A stretch of 64,000 nucleotides of DNA from Octopus sinensis (Eukaryota), in NCBI RefSeq assembly GCF_006345805.1, contig NC_042999.1:144584001-144648000 (forward strand). Reading direction: 5' to 3'. Made by a program: the position numbers and the translations under genes. Shown here piece by piece: positions 26,401-38,616 of this stretch. The notes beneath the pieces were generated by a model that saw only the letters and a program-made list of their open reading frames with translations, did not search any database and was not told where the DNA came from. Positions within the stretch are counted from its first letter, which is position 1, and every line of letters begins with the position of its first letter.

Positions 26401-27524
26401 AACTGTAAGTATTAAAGCAGTGTAAATGTGATAAAAATATTCTAGCCTTTTCTGCACTTCAATGTGGGTTAAAGTATGTTCTGATTCTGAAAAAGAAGAC
26501 CAATTTGGTGATTCATTTTTGGCTATATAAAGGATGTACATCTGCCAAGAGAAATCCTGTGATGGTGAAGCCTAGGATTTGTAGTAACCTTCAGGGTTTC
26601 CATGTTATCCATGATCTTTCTTTTTTCCCCTATACCAACATACATATGATGAAGCTGAATATAAGCTATGTCAATGTCACCAATCTAGGAAGGGCTGTAA
26701 AAATCATGAGCACATTCCATCCTCCTGACTAATACATTAAAAAGAATTGGAACAAATATCCCTAAAGAGTACGCATCAATTAGTTTCCCCTTGCCTTTTG
26801 AATAAGCACCCTTATCTATGCATACATAGTTTATTTAAGCTACTCCAGAGATTTGTTACTTTGGGCGTTTACAGTGAGCAGCTATATATATTTTATCTGG
26901 TTATTAGTTTTCATCACTTCTGCTATGTTTTCTCAATTTTCCTTTTGCATAGATTTCTTTCACTTGAATCTTTTAGCATTTTGATATCCAACTGTCCTCC
27001 CTCATTAGTGCTGTCATTTTTCTTGCACCCTACATTTGATTCTTCTTACGTCCAGTTTTATCTTTGGCTCATTTGTTCTATTATTCATACATACTAACAT
27101 AGCATATCCAGCAAACCATTCTCACTTAATTTCTTTACAGTCTCTGCACATCCTGTTTTCAATGCCCAAAATTTTACTACCATTCAACACTTCATTTACA
27201 AGCACTATAGAATCTACTCTTCAGTTGAAGAAAGAATTCCTTTGCTGTTGGCAGAGGTAACAACTCCTTGAACTTTTTTGTTCTTACTGTCGTTAATGTA
27301 CTTTCAAAGCACCCACATCATTTAGTCCACCTACATTGTATAGAGCCTTTGGAGCAATACTCTATTATTCTGTTGACATTCTGAATTCATGCATTTAAAG
27401 AATCATTATTTTTCTCAACAAGCATAGATCTCTCATCAGTTTTTATGCATTAACAATTTACCTTTGGTTCTAAAACGATACTGTAGTGAGACCAATTTCC
27501 ATTATTGTATATTCTTTTCTAATT

Positions 27525-27730
27525 TAGGCACAAGGCCCGAAATTTTTGGAGAGGGGGGGTCAATTGATTAGATCGACCCCAGTACGCAACTGGTACTTAA
27601 TTTATCGACCTTGAAAGGATGAAAGGCAAAGTTGACTTTGGTGGAATTTGAACTCAGAATGTAAAGACAGACGAAATACTGCTAAGCATTTCATCCGGTA
27701 TACTAATGTTTCTGCCAGCTCGCTGCCTTG
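27525..27730 (-). mobile_element. tRNA-derived SINE
   Basis: Near-full copy of the family at 24325-24530. Confidence 0.8.
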
Positions 27731-28574
27731 CCATTATTGTATATTGAAAACATTTGAATTATATAGGCTTGTCATATTAATCTGTAGTGATTGGTTAACA
27801 TACCTTTCATGTGAGTGTTTGGATATTTGTTGAGTCCTGTGTTATGATTGGTTAAGTGTTGCATGGGAATTAGATCAAAGGTCAATCACATTGTGTGTAA
27901 CATATTTCAAACAATTAATCCTGTATATGTTCTGGAGCCTCCTTTTATCCATAAATTGGTGCAACAAATTATTTACAAGTCAGAGGGTTGAGAGTTTTTC
28001 ATCAAGGTAAGTTAAATTAATAGAGCCCATGTAACCAATAATGACCCAAGCTGAATTATCAAAATGATGGATGAACCACAACAGAATTTGTAATGGCCCA
28101 TTGTTATTTTAAAGTTGGTTTCTTTTGTTACTTCTATGAATGAACATGCAAAATATATTATACAATGATATATATGATTCTTTATCAAAACCAAGGGAGA
28201 CTTTTACCCAACATAAAAATACCTTGACCCTGGCATAGATCAATGGGAAATTGTGGAAGAAATTAAAATAATTGAAGCTGATAAACATTTAATTGAATGA
28301 TTTTTTTAGCCATAAAACAATTAAAACATATATACAGAAAATACTTTTTTGTAAATGAGTATAAGAGCAGGTGTGCAATAGGTGAGGAAGGGTACAATCA
28401 ATTGATTCTGCTTCAGTATTCTGGTACTTTGTTTTCTACACTAAGAGCATAACAGAATACAGCTACATACCACAAGGCATTTAGCCTGGCAGTCAACCAT
28501 GACACCAACTTAATAATAGTTGGCTTTGAATGTGTATTTGTTTGTTTTTGCTAGGTACTAAATATTTATCTTTT

Positions 28575-28766
28575 ATTGTTTCAGCAATTAAACTGCGACC
28601 ATGCTGGAGCATTGCCCAAAAGAGTTAAACAAATCGACCCCAGTACTTATTTTTATTTTGTAAAATTTATTCTATCAGTCATTTTGCCGAACCGCTATGT
28701 TACAGAATTTAAACATACAAACACTAGTTGTTAAGCAATGGTGGGGGAACAACACAGACACAAAGT

Positions 28767-28797
<31 letters not shown>

Positions 28798-29010
28798 TCT
28801 TTTATTTGTTTCAATCATTTGACTGTGGCCATTCTGGAGCACTGCCTTTAGTTAAACAAATCAACCCCAGGACTTATTCTTTGTAAGCCTAGTACTTATT
28901 CTATCAGTCTCTGTTGCCAAACTGCTAAGTTATGGGCATGTAAACACATTAGCATCGGTTGTCAAGTGATGGTGTGGGGACAAACACAAACACGCACACG
29001 CGCACACACC
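28575..29010 (-). mobile_element. Two tandem SINE copies separated by a (CA)n tract
   Basis: The motifs actg(c/t)g(a/g)ccat(g/t)ctggagca(t/c)tgcc, aaatc(g/a)accccag and tattctatcagtc occur twice (28575-28790 and 28800-29010). Confidence 0.75.
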
Positions 29011-29995
29011 ATCATCATCAATTAACGTCCGTTTTCCATGCTGGCATGGGTTGGACAGTTTGACTGAGGTCTGGAGAGCCAGCGGTGCAACCAGGCTCCA
29101 ATCTGGTCAGGGAGAGTTTCTACAGCTGGATGCCCTTCCTAACGCCAACCACTCCAAGAGTGTAGTGGGTACTATTTACATGCCACTGGCACAGGAACAA
29201 GGAAGGCGGGGCCTTGCAACGATCACGTTTGGATGGTGCTTTTTATGTGCCACCAGCACAGGAGCCAGTCAGTGGGTATTGGCATCCGTCACAATCAGTT
29301 GGTGCTCTTTATGTGCCACCGGCACCAGAGCCAGCCAGGTAGACCTGGCATCAACCATGTTCAGATAGTGCTTTTTATGTGCCATCAGCATGGGAGCCAG
29401 TCAGGGGGCACCTGCTCCAGCTACAATATTGGTTTTACTTGACTCAACAGATCTTCTCAAGTATATCATATCGCCCGATGCATCAAGAGTATTTTTAACA
29501 GGGCTGGACATGCATGGCTGCGATCTCACTTTAGTTTCTGGGTCTTCTCAATCACAGAATATCTCCTAAGGTCCTGGTCTCCTGTCATTGCCTCTCTGTG
29601 AGGCCCAATGTTCAAAGGTCATGCTTCACCACCTCATCCTATGTCTTCCTGGGTCTACCTCTTCCACAGGTTCCTTCTACAATTAGGGAGTGGCACTTCC
29701 TCACACAGCTGTCCTCATTCATATGTAACACATAACCATACCAGTGCAGTCGCCTCTCTTGCACACCACATTTGATGCTTCTTATGCCCAACTTTTCTCT
29801 CAGGGTGCTTACACTCTATCATGTATGCACACTAACATTATACATCCAGCAGATCATACTAGCTTCATTTCTTTCAAGCCTATGCATATCCTCAGCATCC
29901 ATGGCCCATGTTTCACTGCCGTGTAGCATGGCAGTTCACACATGGCATCATACAGTCTACCTTTCACCCTGAGTGAGAGGCCATTAGTTGCCAGC
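29010..29995 (-). mobile_element. 5'-truncated RTE copy: 3' UTR plus C-terminal coding region
   Basis: (CAT)n tail at ~29010, a 3' UTR like 37513-38339, and LATNGLSLRVKGRLYDA with frameshifts. Confidence 0.85.
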
Positions 29996-30465
29996 CTGTC
30001 CTATGACCCTGTCAAAGGCTTTCTCCAAGTCAACAAAAGCCAAGTACAAAGGTTTATTTTTGGCTAGGTATTTCTCCTGCAGTTTCTCCTCTAGAAATAT
30101 AGCATCAGTGGTGCTTCTGCCTGGCACAAAGCCAAACTGCATCTCATCTAGGCTAACACTCTCCCTAATTAGTTGGGCTATGACCCTCTCTGTAACTTTC
30201 ATCACCTGATCCAATAATTTGACACCCCTGTAGTTATTTCTATATAAAGTATCACCTTTCCCCTTGTAACAGTTGACTATGGTGCTGCTACACCAGTCTC
30301 TGGGTATGATTCCTTCATAAACTACCTGATTTACGATGCAGGTGACGAGACCATATCCCACACCACCTGATATTTTAAGCATCCTAGCAGTGAATCCTAA
30401 TGGGCCAGGTGCTTTCCCTGTCTTCATATCCTTAATTGCTTTATCTACGTGGGTACTGTCCATGA
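29996..30465 (-). mobile_element. RTE RT N-terminal segment (probable 5' inversion of the copy to its right)
   Basis: Open frame DSTHVDKAIKDMKTGKAPG...QFGFVPGRSTTDAIF...DLEKAFDRV, ending abruptly. Confidence 0.85.
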
Positions 30466-30469
30466 TGAG

Positions 30470-32420
30470 GCTAGAGACAAATCCATGTTATTAAGGTAAG
30501 AGTTAACCATAATTACAGTGACAGATTTAGTGTACAGGTAGGTGTTCACCAAGGCCCAATTGTCAGCCTCCTTTTAATCATCATCATCCTCCAGGCTATA
30601 ATTGAGAAATTTAAGACTGGGAGCCCATGGGAACTACTATACTGATGATCTTGCCTTCGTAGCAGAATCTGCAACAGAATTACACAAGGAAATTCCAGGT
30701 GTGGAAACAAAGCCTGGAATCAAAAAGTTAACAAAGATTAAGATCCTAATAAGCAAGAAATCAGACAGGATCCTACCCACTTCAGATAAATGACCCTGCT
30801 TCATATGTAGGAATAGTGTAGGCTGGAATTTCATTTGGTGTTACCAGTGCAAGCTATGGACACACAAGAGGTGCATGGAATAGTAGAAAGACTAACAGAG
30901 AAAGTATTTGTAAGTGGAAGATGTACAGGAGCCATAGAGACTACAGATATGCAGAAAATTGATTTCCTCAAATGCCTCAGAAGCTCTCTAGAAGTAGTAG
31001 ATAATTGCTCCTATGTAAGTGATTTCATTAGGTTTGGAGGAGAATGTGCACCAAAAGTGTAATTGCTAGAATAAGAATAGGATGGAGAAGGTTCAAAGAG
31101 CTTCTACTCCATCAAAATCATCATTGCTTAACGTCTACCTTTCATGAAGGCATGGGTGGAATGGTTTGACAGGAACTGGCCAAGCAGAAGCCTACACCAG
31201 ACTTCTGCAACTGTTTTGGCAGGATTTTTACAGTTGGCTGCCCTTCCGAAAACCAACCACCCAGCAGGGTGGTCAATGAAAGGTAGATTTTATGATGCAT
31301 ATGTACAAACAACAATAGTGAGATATAGGCCCTGGATGCAGAAGACAATTAAAGACTAATGAAGCTGGTATGCTCCACTGGATGTGCAATGTTAGTGTAC
31401 TTGTGCAATAGAGTGCTAGTGTATTGAGATAGGAGTTTGGCATAAGAGGAATTAGATGCAGTGTGCAAGAGAGGAGACTGTGCTGATTCAGTCAAGTGAT
31501 GTGTATGGATGTGGACAATTGTATAAAGTGCCGATCTCTTAAAGTAGATGGAACTTGTGGAAGAGGGAGACCCAGGAAGACATGTGACAAAGTACTGAAG
31601 GCTGATCAAAAAGCTGTGCCTTACAAAGATGACAAAGGACCAAGATATCTAATGCTTTGCTGTACCCAAGAACACCCATCCACCACAGCAGAATTGGCAT
31701 CCTAATGCCATCTTAGTAACGCTTACTTCCATCCTCTCTACCCTGTCAACCTCCCACCACTATTTCATCCCCTAATACCCATCACTTTCTCTATCGCCTG
31801 AGAGCAGAATAGACACATCCTATGTCCTCTGCCTACTGTCACCACTAATCACCGCTTTTCTGTGCTGCTCTCCATCATCAACACCTTGCTTACTTGCTAT
31901 CACCCTCAATGCCTTCACATATCTATTGCAACCCCTATCCCAAGCCTCTCCTATATTTCACTCCGTCATTTGCTACAGATGCCTCATCCTGCTTTCTCAC
32001 CCAGTCCAAACCTCTGTATCACCTCACCTATACTCACCACCCCCAGTGTCCTGACACATCTCCACTATGATCTCTATCTTACTCTCTAACTCACTTTCCT
32101 CTGTTTTCCAACTGGAGTTTCCATGCATCTTCTCTATATCAAGACAACTGTATCTCTCTTCTATACATTAAATCTCAACTGGCACAAAGCCACATCCCCT
32201 CAATACTACTACCCACTTGAGGGTATTTTGTCTTGTAAGGTACTTTGTGACCCTGTTCGTACTAGTACCACATAAAAGTACCCAGTACACTTTGTAAAGT
32301 TGTTGAAACCAAGCCAAAGTAACGAAACCTTGTGTGAATCATGGCCTTGCCAGCTCCTATCAAACTGTCCAACCCATTTCAGCATGGAAAACAGATGTTA
32401 AATGTTGATGATGATGATGC
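30470..32420 (+). mobile_element. Degenerate RTE copy from mid-RT to the (GAT)n tail, with a SINE-like insertion at ~31110-31285
   Basis: KVRVNHNYSDRFSVQVGVHQG, Y.DDL, RIRIGWRRFKELL, GTCGRGRPRKT, a pyrimidine-rich 3' region and the tail gatgatgatgatg at ~32405-32420. Confidence 0.8.
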
Positions 32421-32802
32421 ATGTATGTATGTTCAAGTAAGCCTCTGAAAAATTAGATACATGTCTCTTTAAATACAGGTCTTGAAAGTGTTATAATCTG
32501 TTTTATGATTAACTTGCTCATACTTTTTTAATGACTCATTGGGTCAAAAAGGAACATGGAAAATATTAATGCTCTTAACTTTGGTGTCAAAGTGACAGGT
32601 TCAATTTTATACAAAAGTCACTATTAAAAAAATGATTGTGGATGAATTGATAATGCATAAAGGATTGATTAGTTTGTTTCTTGTAATCAATATTTCACTA
32701 TACAACTATAGTTACAGTTAAACCCCTAAGTTCTAATTGTGAGAATACTTTAGAAATCCCTAATGTATGTGTGTTTACACGTGTCCATATTTATGAATGT
32801 GG

Positions 32803-32833
<31 letters not shown>

Positions 32834-32836
32834 TAT

Positions 32837-32870
<34 letters not shown>

Positions 32871-32979
32871 TTATTTTGCAGTACAAAAAACTAAAAATTT
32901 CTCAATCCACTTTTGTATTAAAAGTATGTAGAATCTGATATATGTTTTTCATGTGTAAGGTACAGAATTACACATCTGA

Positions 32980-33230
32980 TATATAATCCTTACATATGAC
33001 AAACATGATAAACCCAGCCATTGACTCAAAAAGAGACATTCATTAAGTTTGGTGTATAATTCTTGTATAGATGATGGCAAGACTTGAAAAGAGTTTTGAT
33101 TAAATGATGGACTGAGTTGTACAGGAAGGATGACTGGCAGTGTGAGTATATTATAGTGAAGGTAAGGATTTACCAGTTTTGTTATATTTGTTTTACACTG
33201 CTGGTATTTTAGGTGTTTGCTAGTTTTTGA
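32980..33230 (-). mobile_element. Possible Penelope RT C-terminal relic
   Basis: YTHTASHPSCTTQSII*S resembles the YLxxxSxHPxxxKxSIxxS motif; it contains stops. Confidence 0.3.
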
Positions 33231-35868
33231 TATATTTGTCAATGTTTGACATGTAGCTCTTTACACAAACAGAACAACTGGACTGATCTATCAACCCATC
33301 ATTTTATTTTTTCCTAAAAAAGAGATAACCAATCTCTTCAAAAAATGTGTGTGTAAACACACACACACACACATATTTCTTTGTACATTAAGAATTTTTC
33401 CCCTCATAATTTCAAATATAAAAACCCTCTTTTTGTATCATATACGTAAATGTAGTTCCATCTTCTGTTTCCAAAGGGTTAATGACATTTATCCCATCAC
33501 AAAATGCAAAGATATGATTTTATAAATTAAGATTCAGTTTCTACAGTTCTTAAAAAAATGATAAAAGAGCAACTTCCACTCTTTATATGCAAAATCAATC
33601 AACGATTTAATCACTTTTTTGAAAATTTAATCATCTTTGTTTTCAGTGGAAAACCAAAATAAAAAAAATTTTAACTGTTGATTAAAACAAATTTATTTGT
33701 TACTTTACTGCAATAGGCTCCATAATAATTGGATTATATTGGTGCTGTAAACCATAAAATGGATTCATCTTATAACTCATATGATTATACTATAATATGT
33801 TCTGTATTTGAAATTAAAAAATTAATTATATTTATATTAAATTGACAATGATTTCTTGCTTTAGTACAAGGCCACAAATTTTTAGCAGTAGAGCAGGATC
33901 AATTAAATCAGGCAACAAAATAGTCCCAGTACATAACTAATATGTTAATAACTCTGAAAGATGGAAGTCAAAAGTTGATTTTTGTCAAGTTTTGAATTCT
34001 TGATGTAAATAGATGAAAGTGAACTCTGAAATTCATTTAGTTCTGCACTCTATACTGAACCAATTTCCATTTGATAATTGTAATAAAATTATAAAGATCC
34101 AGAGAAAAAAATTTATATGTAGATTCATTCCAACATTCCATATATATACATGCTTCCAGCATTTACTTTAACAATTGAAGGTGTTAAAAAGTAGAATTCA
34201 AACACTTTTCAAGCAACTACTTCGTTTTTTCATTGGACTGTCCGAGCAGAGATAACAGGGTCTACTTAGCAATGACAACAACAACAACAAAAGTTGAAAC
34301 AAAATTTGAGAGTTAAGTAATTCTTATAATATTTCATCCACTTTATTTCCAACCACTAAGCAAATTTTGATTTTGAAATCTTACATTCTTTGGCACCCAT
34401 AAAATATGTGAAATTTAAAAAAAAAAATGAAGGGAAGACATTGAATGATAATTTATGTTAGTAAGAATTTATTTGCAATGACTCTAGTTACCTTCCAACA
34501 ACATGCAGAATTTATACAACTGAATTCTCTGAGAAATGGGTTATAAAATTTGTTATATATTACAAGACATATGTCAAGTTGGATAGCTTTCTTTTCTTTT
34601 CCTTCTCTGTTTAAGTGTTTCTTTTTTCTTTTAGAAAATATTAATTATATTGCAGTATTGCCAGAATACATATCAATCTGCCGTAGCTCTGAAAGAAAAA
34701 CAAATGGCAACAGTTTTCATTATATATATAATGATATAAGTGATAAACAGAAATGGAACCTGACAAAAGAGCTAACAAAGCAGCTGTGAATAGCTCAACA
34801 GGATCACAAATACATATTGCTTGGAATAACATGAAAAGACAAAACAATGAAACAGATCTAAGAAAAATTAAAAAAAACTAAATGACTGTCATATTTATAA
34901 AATCATTGAAGTGGACACATACAAGGGATGAAAAAACTGACAGACTAGATTCTGAAAATCCATAAATGAAAGAGAATGAAAAAGAACAAGATTAAAGATA
35001 AATTGGTTAGATTTGGAAATAAATTATAGATCAGAAACTGAAAACCAAAAGTTTATGAAGAAATACAAGGTAAGCCATTACCAGTAGAGGTTAAAGTAAT
35101 AGTTGATTTGATCGAGGAGAAGGGACTCTTTAGTACTGGAAGATAATCTCTCAAGAATAAAATGAACCCAACTTTAAGGTGGTTGGTGACTAGGAGCATC
35201 CATGACATACAATGAGAAGATTAGTTGTACTAAAGGACTGTAAAAAAACCTATTCAATACTTGTGAGCATAGAAAAATAGATCAGTGTTTTATATCTATG
35301 AGACATATGCTACATGCTACTAGACGCAGTAGCCAAGTTTCCTTCAAATAAGAAAAACCCATTGGAGCTAGACAAACACACACACACACAACATATATTT
35401 ACATCCATAAATCTATCATATTTATCCAACACACACATTAAAACATAAAGGTATCATTTGCTTTTATGTCCACTTTTCCATACTGGCATGACTGGGGAAA
35501 ATACACTAAAACAAAATGAGTAGATAACCTTCCTGTTGCCAATCCTTAGCTGTTTTTCGAGTAAGGGTTTTTTTCATTCCAAACTTCTTTGAAAGTGTAG
35601 AACTACAAGATGTTTTGATTATAGGATATATAAATTTGACATCATTGTTTTGCTCAAATATTCACATGCACACCACAATTTCTGTCAACAAATTTCATTT
35701 ACAAAGCATTGGTTGACTCGATATTGCTCAATGTGTCACACAGTGAGATAATATATCATTTTAAGAGTAAATCTTGATGTGGATACAACTATAGATATAG
35801 TCGTATCTACTATCAAATTCACTGTTAAAATTATTTATATATTTTTTCAAAGTTATATTTTTACACAC

Positions 35869-37512
35869 GTGGTAGCTAAGGCAATTAGAAGCATGAAGAC
35901 AGGGAAAGCCCCAGGCCCATCAGGAATTACTGCAGAGATGCTCAAAATATCTGGCAGTGTCGGCTATAACCTAGTCACCCGTATAGTCAACCAGGTGATA
36001 CACGAAGGAGTCATACCCAATGACTGGTGCAGCAGCATACTAGTCAACTGCTACAAAGGTAAAGGTGATGCCCTAGATACAAATAATTACAGAGGTATCA
36101 AGCTGTTGGATCAAGTAATGAAGGTTACGGAGAGGGTCATAGCCCAACTAATTAGAGAGAGAGTTAGTTTAGATGAGATGCAGTTTGGGTTCGTGCCAGG
36201 AAAAAGTACCACTGATGCTATATTCCTGGTAAGGCAGCTGCAGGAGAAATACCTAGCCAAAGATAAGCCCCTGTACCTGGCTTTCGTTGACATGGAGAAA
36301 GCTTTTGATAGGGTCCCCCGATCCCTTATCTGGTGGTCAATGAGGAAACTAGGGATAGATGAATGGCTGGTGAGGACTGTGCAAGCCATGTACAGAGATG
36401 CCGTAAGTAAGGTTAGGGTTGGCAACATGTACACAGAAGAATTCAAAGTAGAGGTTGGGGTCCACCAGGGTTCAGTACTCAGCCCCCTCCTATTTATCAT
36501 AGTACTCCAGGCAATTACGGAGGAATTCAAGACAGGCTGTCCCTGGGAGCTCCTCTACGCTGACGACCTTGCTCTTATTGCTGAGTCACTATCAGAACTG
36601 GAGGAGAAGTTCCAGGTGTGGAAGGAGGGTTTAGAATCAAGGGGCCTTAGAGTCAACCTAGCTAAAACCAAAGTACTAATAAGTAGAAAGGTAGACAATC
36701 CACAAATATCTTCAGGAAGATGGCCCTGCTCGATCTGTAGAAAAGGTGTAGGTAGAAACTCTATAAGATGTACCCAGTGTAAGCTATGGACACATAAGAG
36801 GTGCAGCAATGTCAAAGGTAGGCTAACTGGGAAGATAGTTTTTGTATGTGGCAGATGCTCGGGAGCATTAACCTCCGAAAATCTGCAGAAAACAACTTCC
36901 GTCACTTTCCAGGGGGAAAAACTAGAAGTAGTTGATAGCTTCCGTTATCTAGGTGACCAAGTCAGTAGTGGGGGTGGGTGCGCTGAAAGTGTAACTGCTA
37001 GAATAAGAATAGCCTGGGCAAAGTTTAGGGAGCTCTTACCTCTGCTGGTGACTAAAGGCCTCTCGCTCAGAGTAAAAGGCAGACTGTATGATGCGTGTGT
37101 ACGAACAGCCATGCTACATGGCAGCGAAACATGGGCTGTGACTGCTGAGGACATGCGTAAGCTCGTGAGGAATGAAGCCAGTATGCTCCGATGGATGTGT
37201 GATGTCAGTGTACATACTCGACAGAGCGTTAGCACCTTGAGAGAAATGTTGTACCTAAGAAGCATCAGTTGGGGTGTGCAAGAGAGACGATTGCGCTGGT
37301 ATGGTCATGTAGCGAGAATGGATGAAGATAGGTGTGTGAGAAAGTGCCAATCCCTAGCAGTTGAGGGAACCCGTGGAAGAGGTAGACCCAGGAAAACCTG
37401 GGACGAGGTGGTGAAGCACGACCTTCGAACTTTAGGCCTCACTGAGGAAATGACCAGAGACCGAGACCTTTGGAAATATTCTGTACGTGAGAAGACCAGG
37501 CAGGACAAGTGA
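35869..37512 (+). CDS. RTE reverse transcriptase with embedded C4HC3 (PHD-like) finger
   Basis: KAPGPSGITAEMLK, NYRGIKLL, QFGFVPG, DMEKAFDRV, GVHQGSVLSPLLF, LLYADD, CSIC..CTQC..HKRC..CGRC, RWYGHV, RGRPRK. Confidence 0.95.
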   Translation: MVAKAIRSMKTGKAPGPSGITAEMLKISGSVGYNLVTRIVNQVIHEGVIPNDWCSSILVNCYKGKGDALDTNNYRGIKLLDQVMKVTERVIAQLIRERVSLDEMQFGFVPGKSTTDAIFLVRQLQEKYLAKDKPLYLAFVDMEKAFDRVPRSLIWWSMRKLGIDEWLVRTVQAMYRDAVSKVRVGNMYTEEFKVEVGVHQGSVLSPLLFIIVLQAITEEFKTGCPWELLYADDLALIAESLSELEEKFQVWKEGLESRGLRVNLAKTKVLISRKVDNPQISSGRWPCSICRKGVGRNSIRCTQCKLWTHKRCSNVKGRLTGKIVFVCGRCSGALTSENLQKTTSVTFQGEKLEVVDSFRYLGDQVSSGGGCAESVTARIRIAWAKFRELLPLLVTKGLSLRVKGRLYDACVRTAMLHGSETWAVTAEDMRKLVRNEASMLRWMCDVSVHTRQSVSTLREMLYLRSISWGVQERRLRWYGHVARMDEDRCVRKCQSLAVEGTRGRGRPRKTWDEVVKHDLRTLGLTEEMTRDRDLWKYSVREKTRQDK

Positions 37513-37610
37513 GCCCAGCCCACTTATGAATGCCTTTCCTCCCTTGGACACAAAGACCGGTGAGGCAAGCGAAGTCGATATAGAACCTCATCCGACGACA
37601 GACACCCATC

Positions 37611-38055
37611 CCAACCCCCCATGCTTGCGAAGACATGTTGGGGCAAGCGAAATCGAAATCGAAATCGAAACCGAATTGAACCAGCCAGGATCCCTGGCCT
37701 GGTGGTACGTAAAAAGCACTATCCGACTCGGGGCCGTGGCACGCAAAATACTCCAATGCGACCGTACGACAGGCACCCTTGCCAACCCCCTTTGCTTGTG
37801 AAGACATGTTGGGGCAAGCGAAATCGAAATCGAATTGAACCAGCCAGGATCCCTGGTCTGGTGGTACGTAAAAAGCACTATCCGACTCGTGGCCGTGGCA
37901 CGTAAAATACTCCAATGCGACCGTACGACAGGCACCCTTGCCAACCCCCTTTGCTTGTGAAGACATGTTGGGGCAAGCGAAATCGAAATCGAATTGAACC
38001 AGCCAGGATCCCTGGTCTGGTGGTACGTAAAAAGCACTATCCGACTCGTGGCCGA
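37611..38055 (+). repeat. Tandem triplication (171 + 159 + partial bp) in the RTE 3' UTR with variable (GAAATC)n
   Basis: Units start at 37611, 37782 and 37941. Unit 1 carries two extra hexamers. Confidence 0.9.
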
Positions 38056-38348
38056 TGCCAGCACCGCCTCGACTGGCTTCCGTGCCGGTGGCACATAAAA
38101 TACACCAATCTGACCGTGGCCGTTGCCAGCCCCGCCTGGCACCTGTGCAGGTGGCACGTAAAAAGCACCCACTACACTCACGGAGTGGTTGGCGTTAGGA
38201 AGGGCATCCAGCTGTAGAAACATTGCCAAATTAGACTGGAGCCTGGTGCAGCCTTCTGGCTTCCCAGAACCCCGGTCGAACCGTCCAACCCATGCTAGCA
38301 TGGAGAACGGACGTTAAACGACGATGATGATGATGATGACATCCTTAA

Positions 38349-38568
38349 CCCGTTAGCATTCAAATTATTCTGTCAAATGTAATGCTTATTTATTCACATT
38401 GTTTTGAATTTATCATGCATTATCTTGTAGCTTTAAGATTTCAATGATGTGATTGCATATTTTTAGAATGATATTGTAGGGTTGGTGTGAGAGGTCAGAT
38501 CTAGCTGGTTTTAACACAAAACAGATACCGTATTTGGGCCGGATATGGCCTGTTTAAATGCTAAAGGG
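38349..38568. mobile_element. piggyBac-type MITE with TTAA duplication, ~50 bp after the ARPC4 stop
   Basis: TTAA|cccgttagcatt ... aatgctaaaggg|TTAA. Confidence 0.85.
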
Positions 38569-38616
38569 TTAAAGCATTATACATTACATAGCATAATATA
38601 CATACCATAGAGTTAG

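Larger units (their letters stand above)
35869..38339 (+). mobile_element. Young 5'-truncated RTE-clade LINE (RT ORF, 3' UTR, (GAT)n tail)
   Basis: Uninterrupted ORF to the stop at 37512, 3' UTR 37513-38339 ending ggacgttaaacgacgatgatgatgatgatga, no APE domain, no TSD recognised. Confidence 0.97.

Noticed and set aside
35779-35868. N-terminal 30 aa of the 577-aa ORF as part of the LINE protein
   Set aside because: AT-rich flank with a GTG start and no RTE similarity; simply stop-free in that frame.
37611-38055. Regularly spaced repeats as a CRISPR array
   Set aside because: The units repeat in full with no unique spacers and lie in a eukaryotic LINE 3' UTR; no cas genes.
37439-38301. ORFs of 94-237 aa on both strands as genes
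   Set aside because: They arise from the GC-richer tandem triplication in the RTE 3' UTR.
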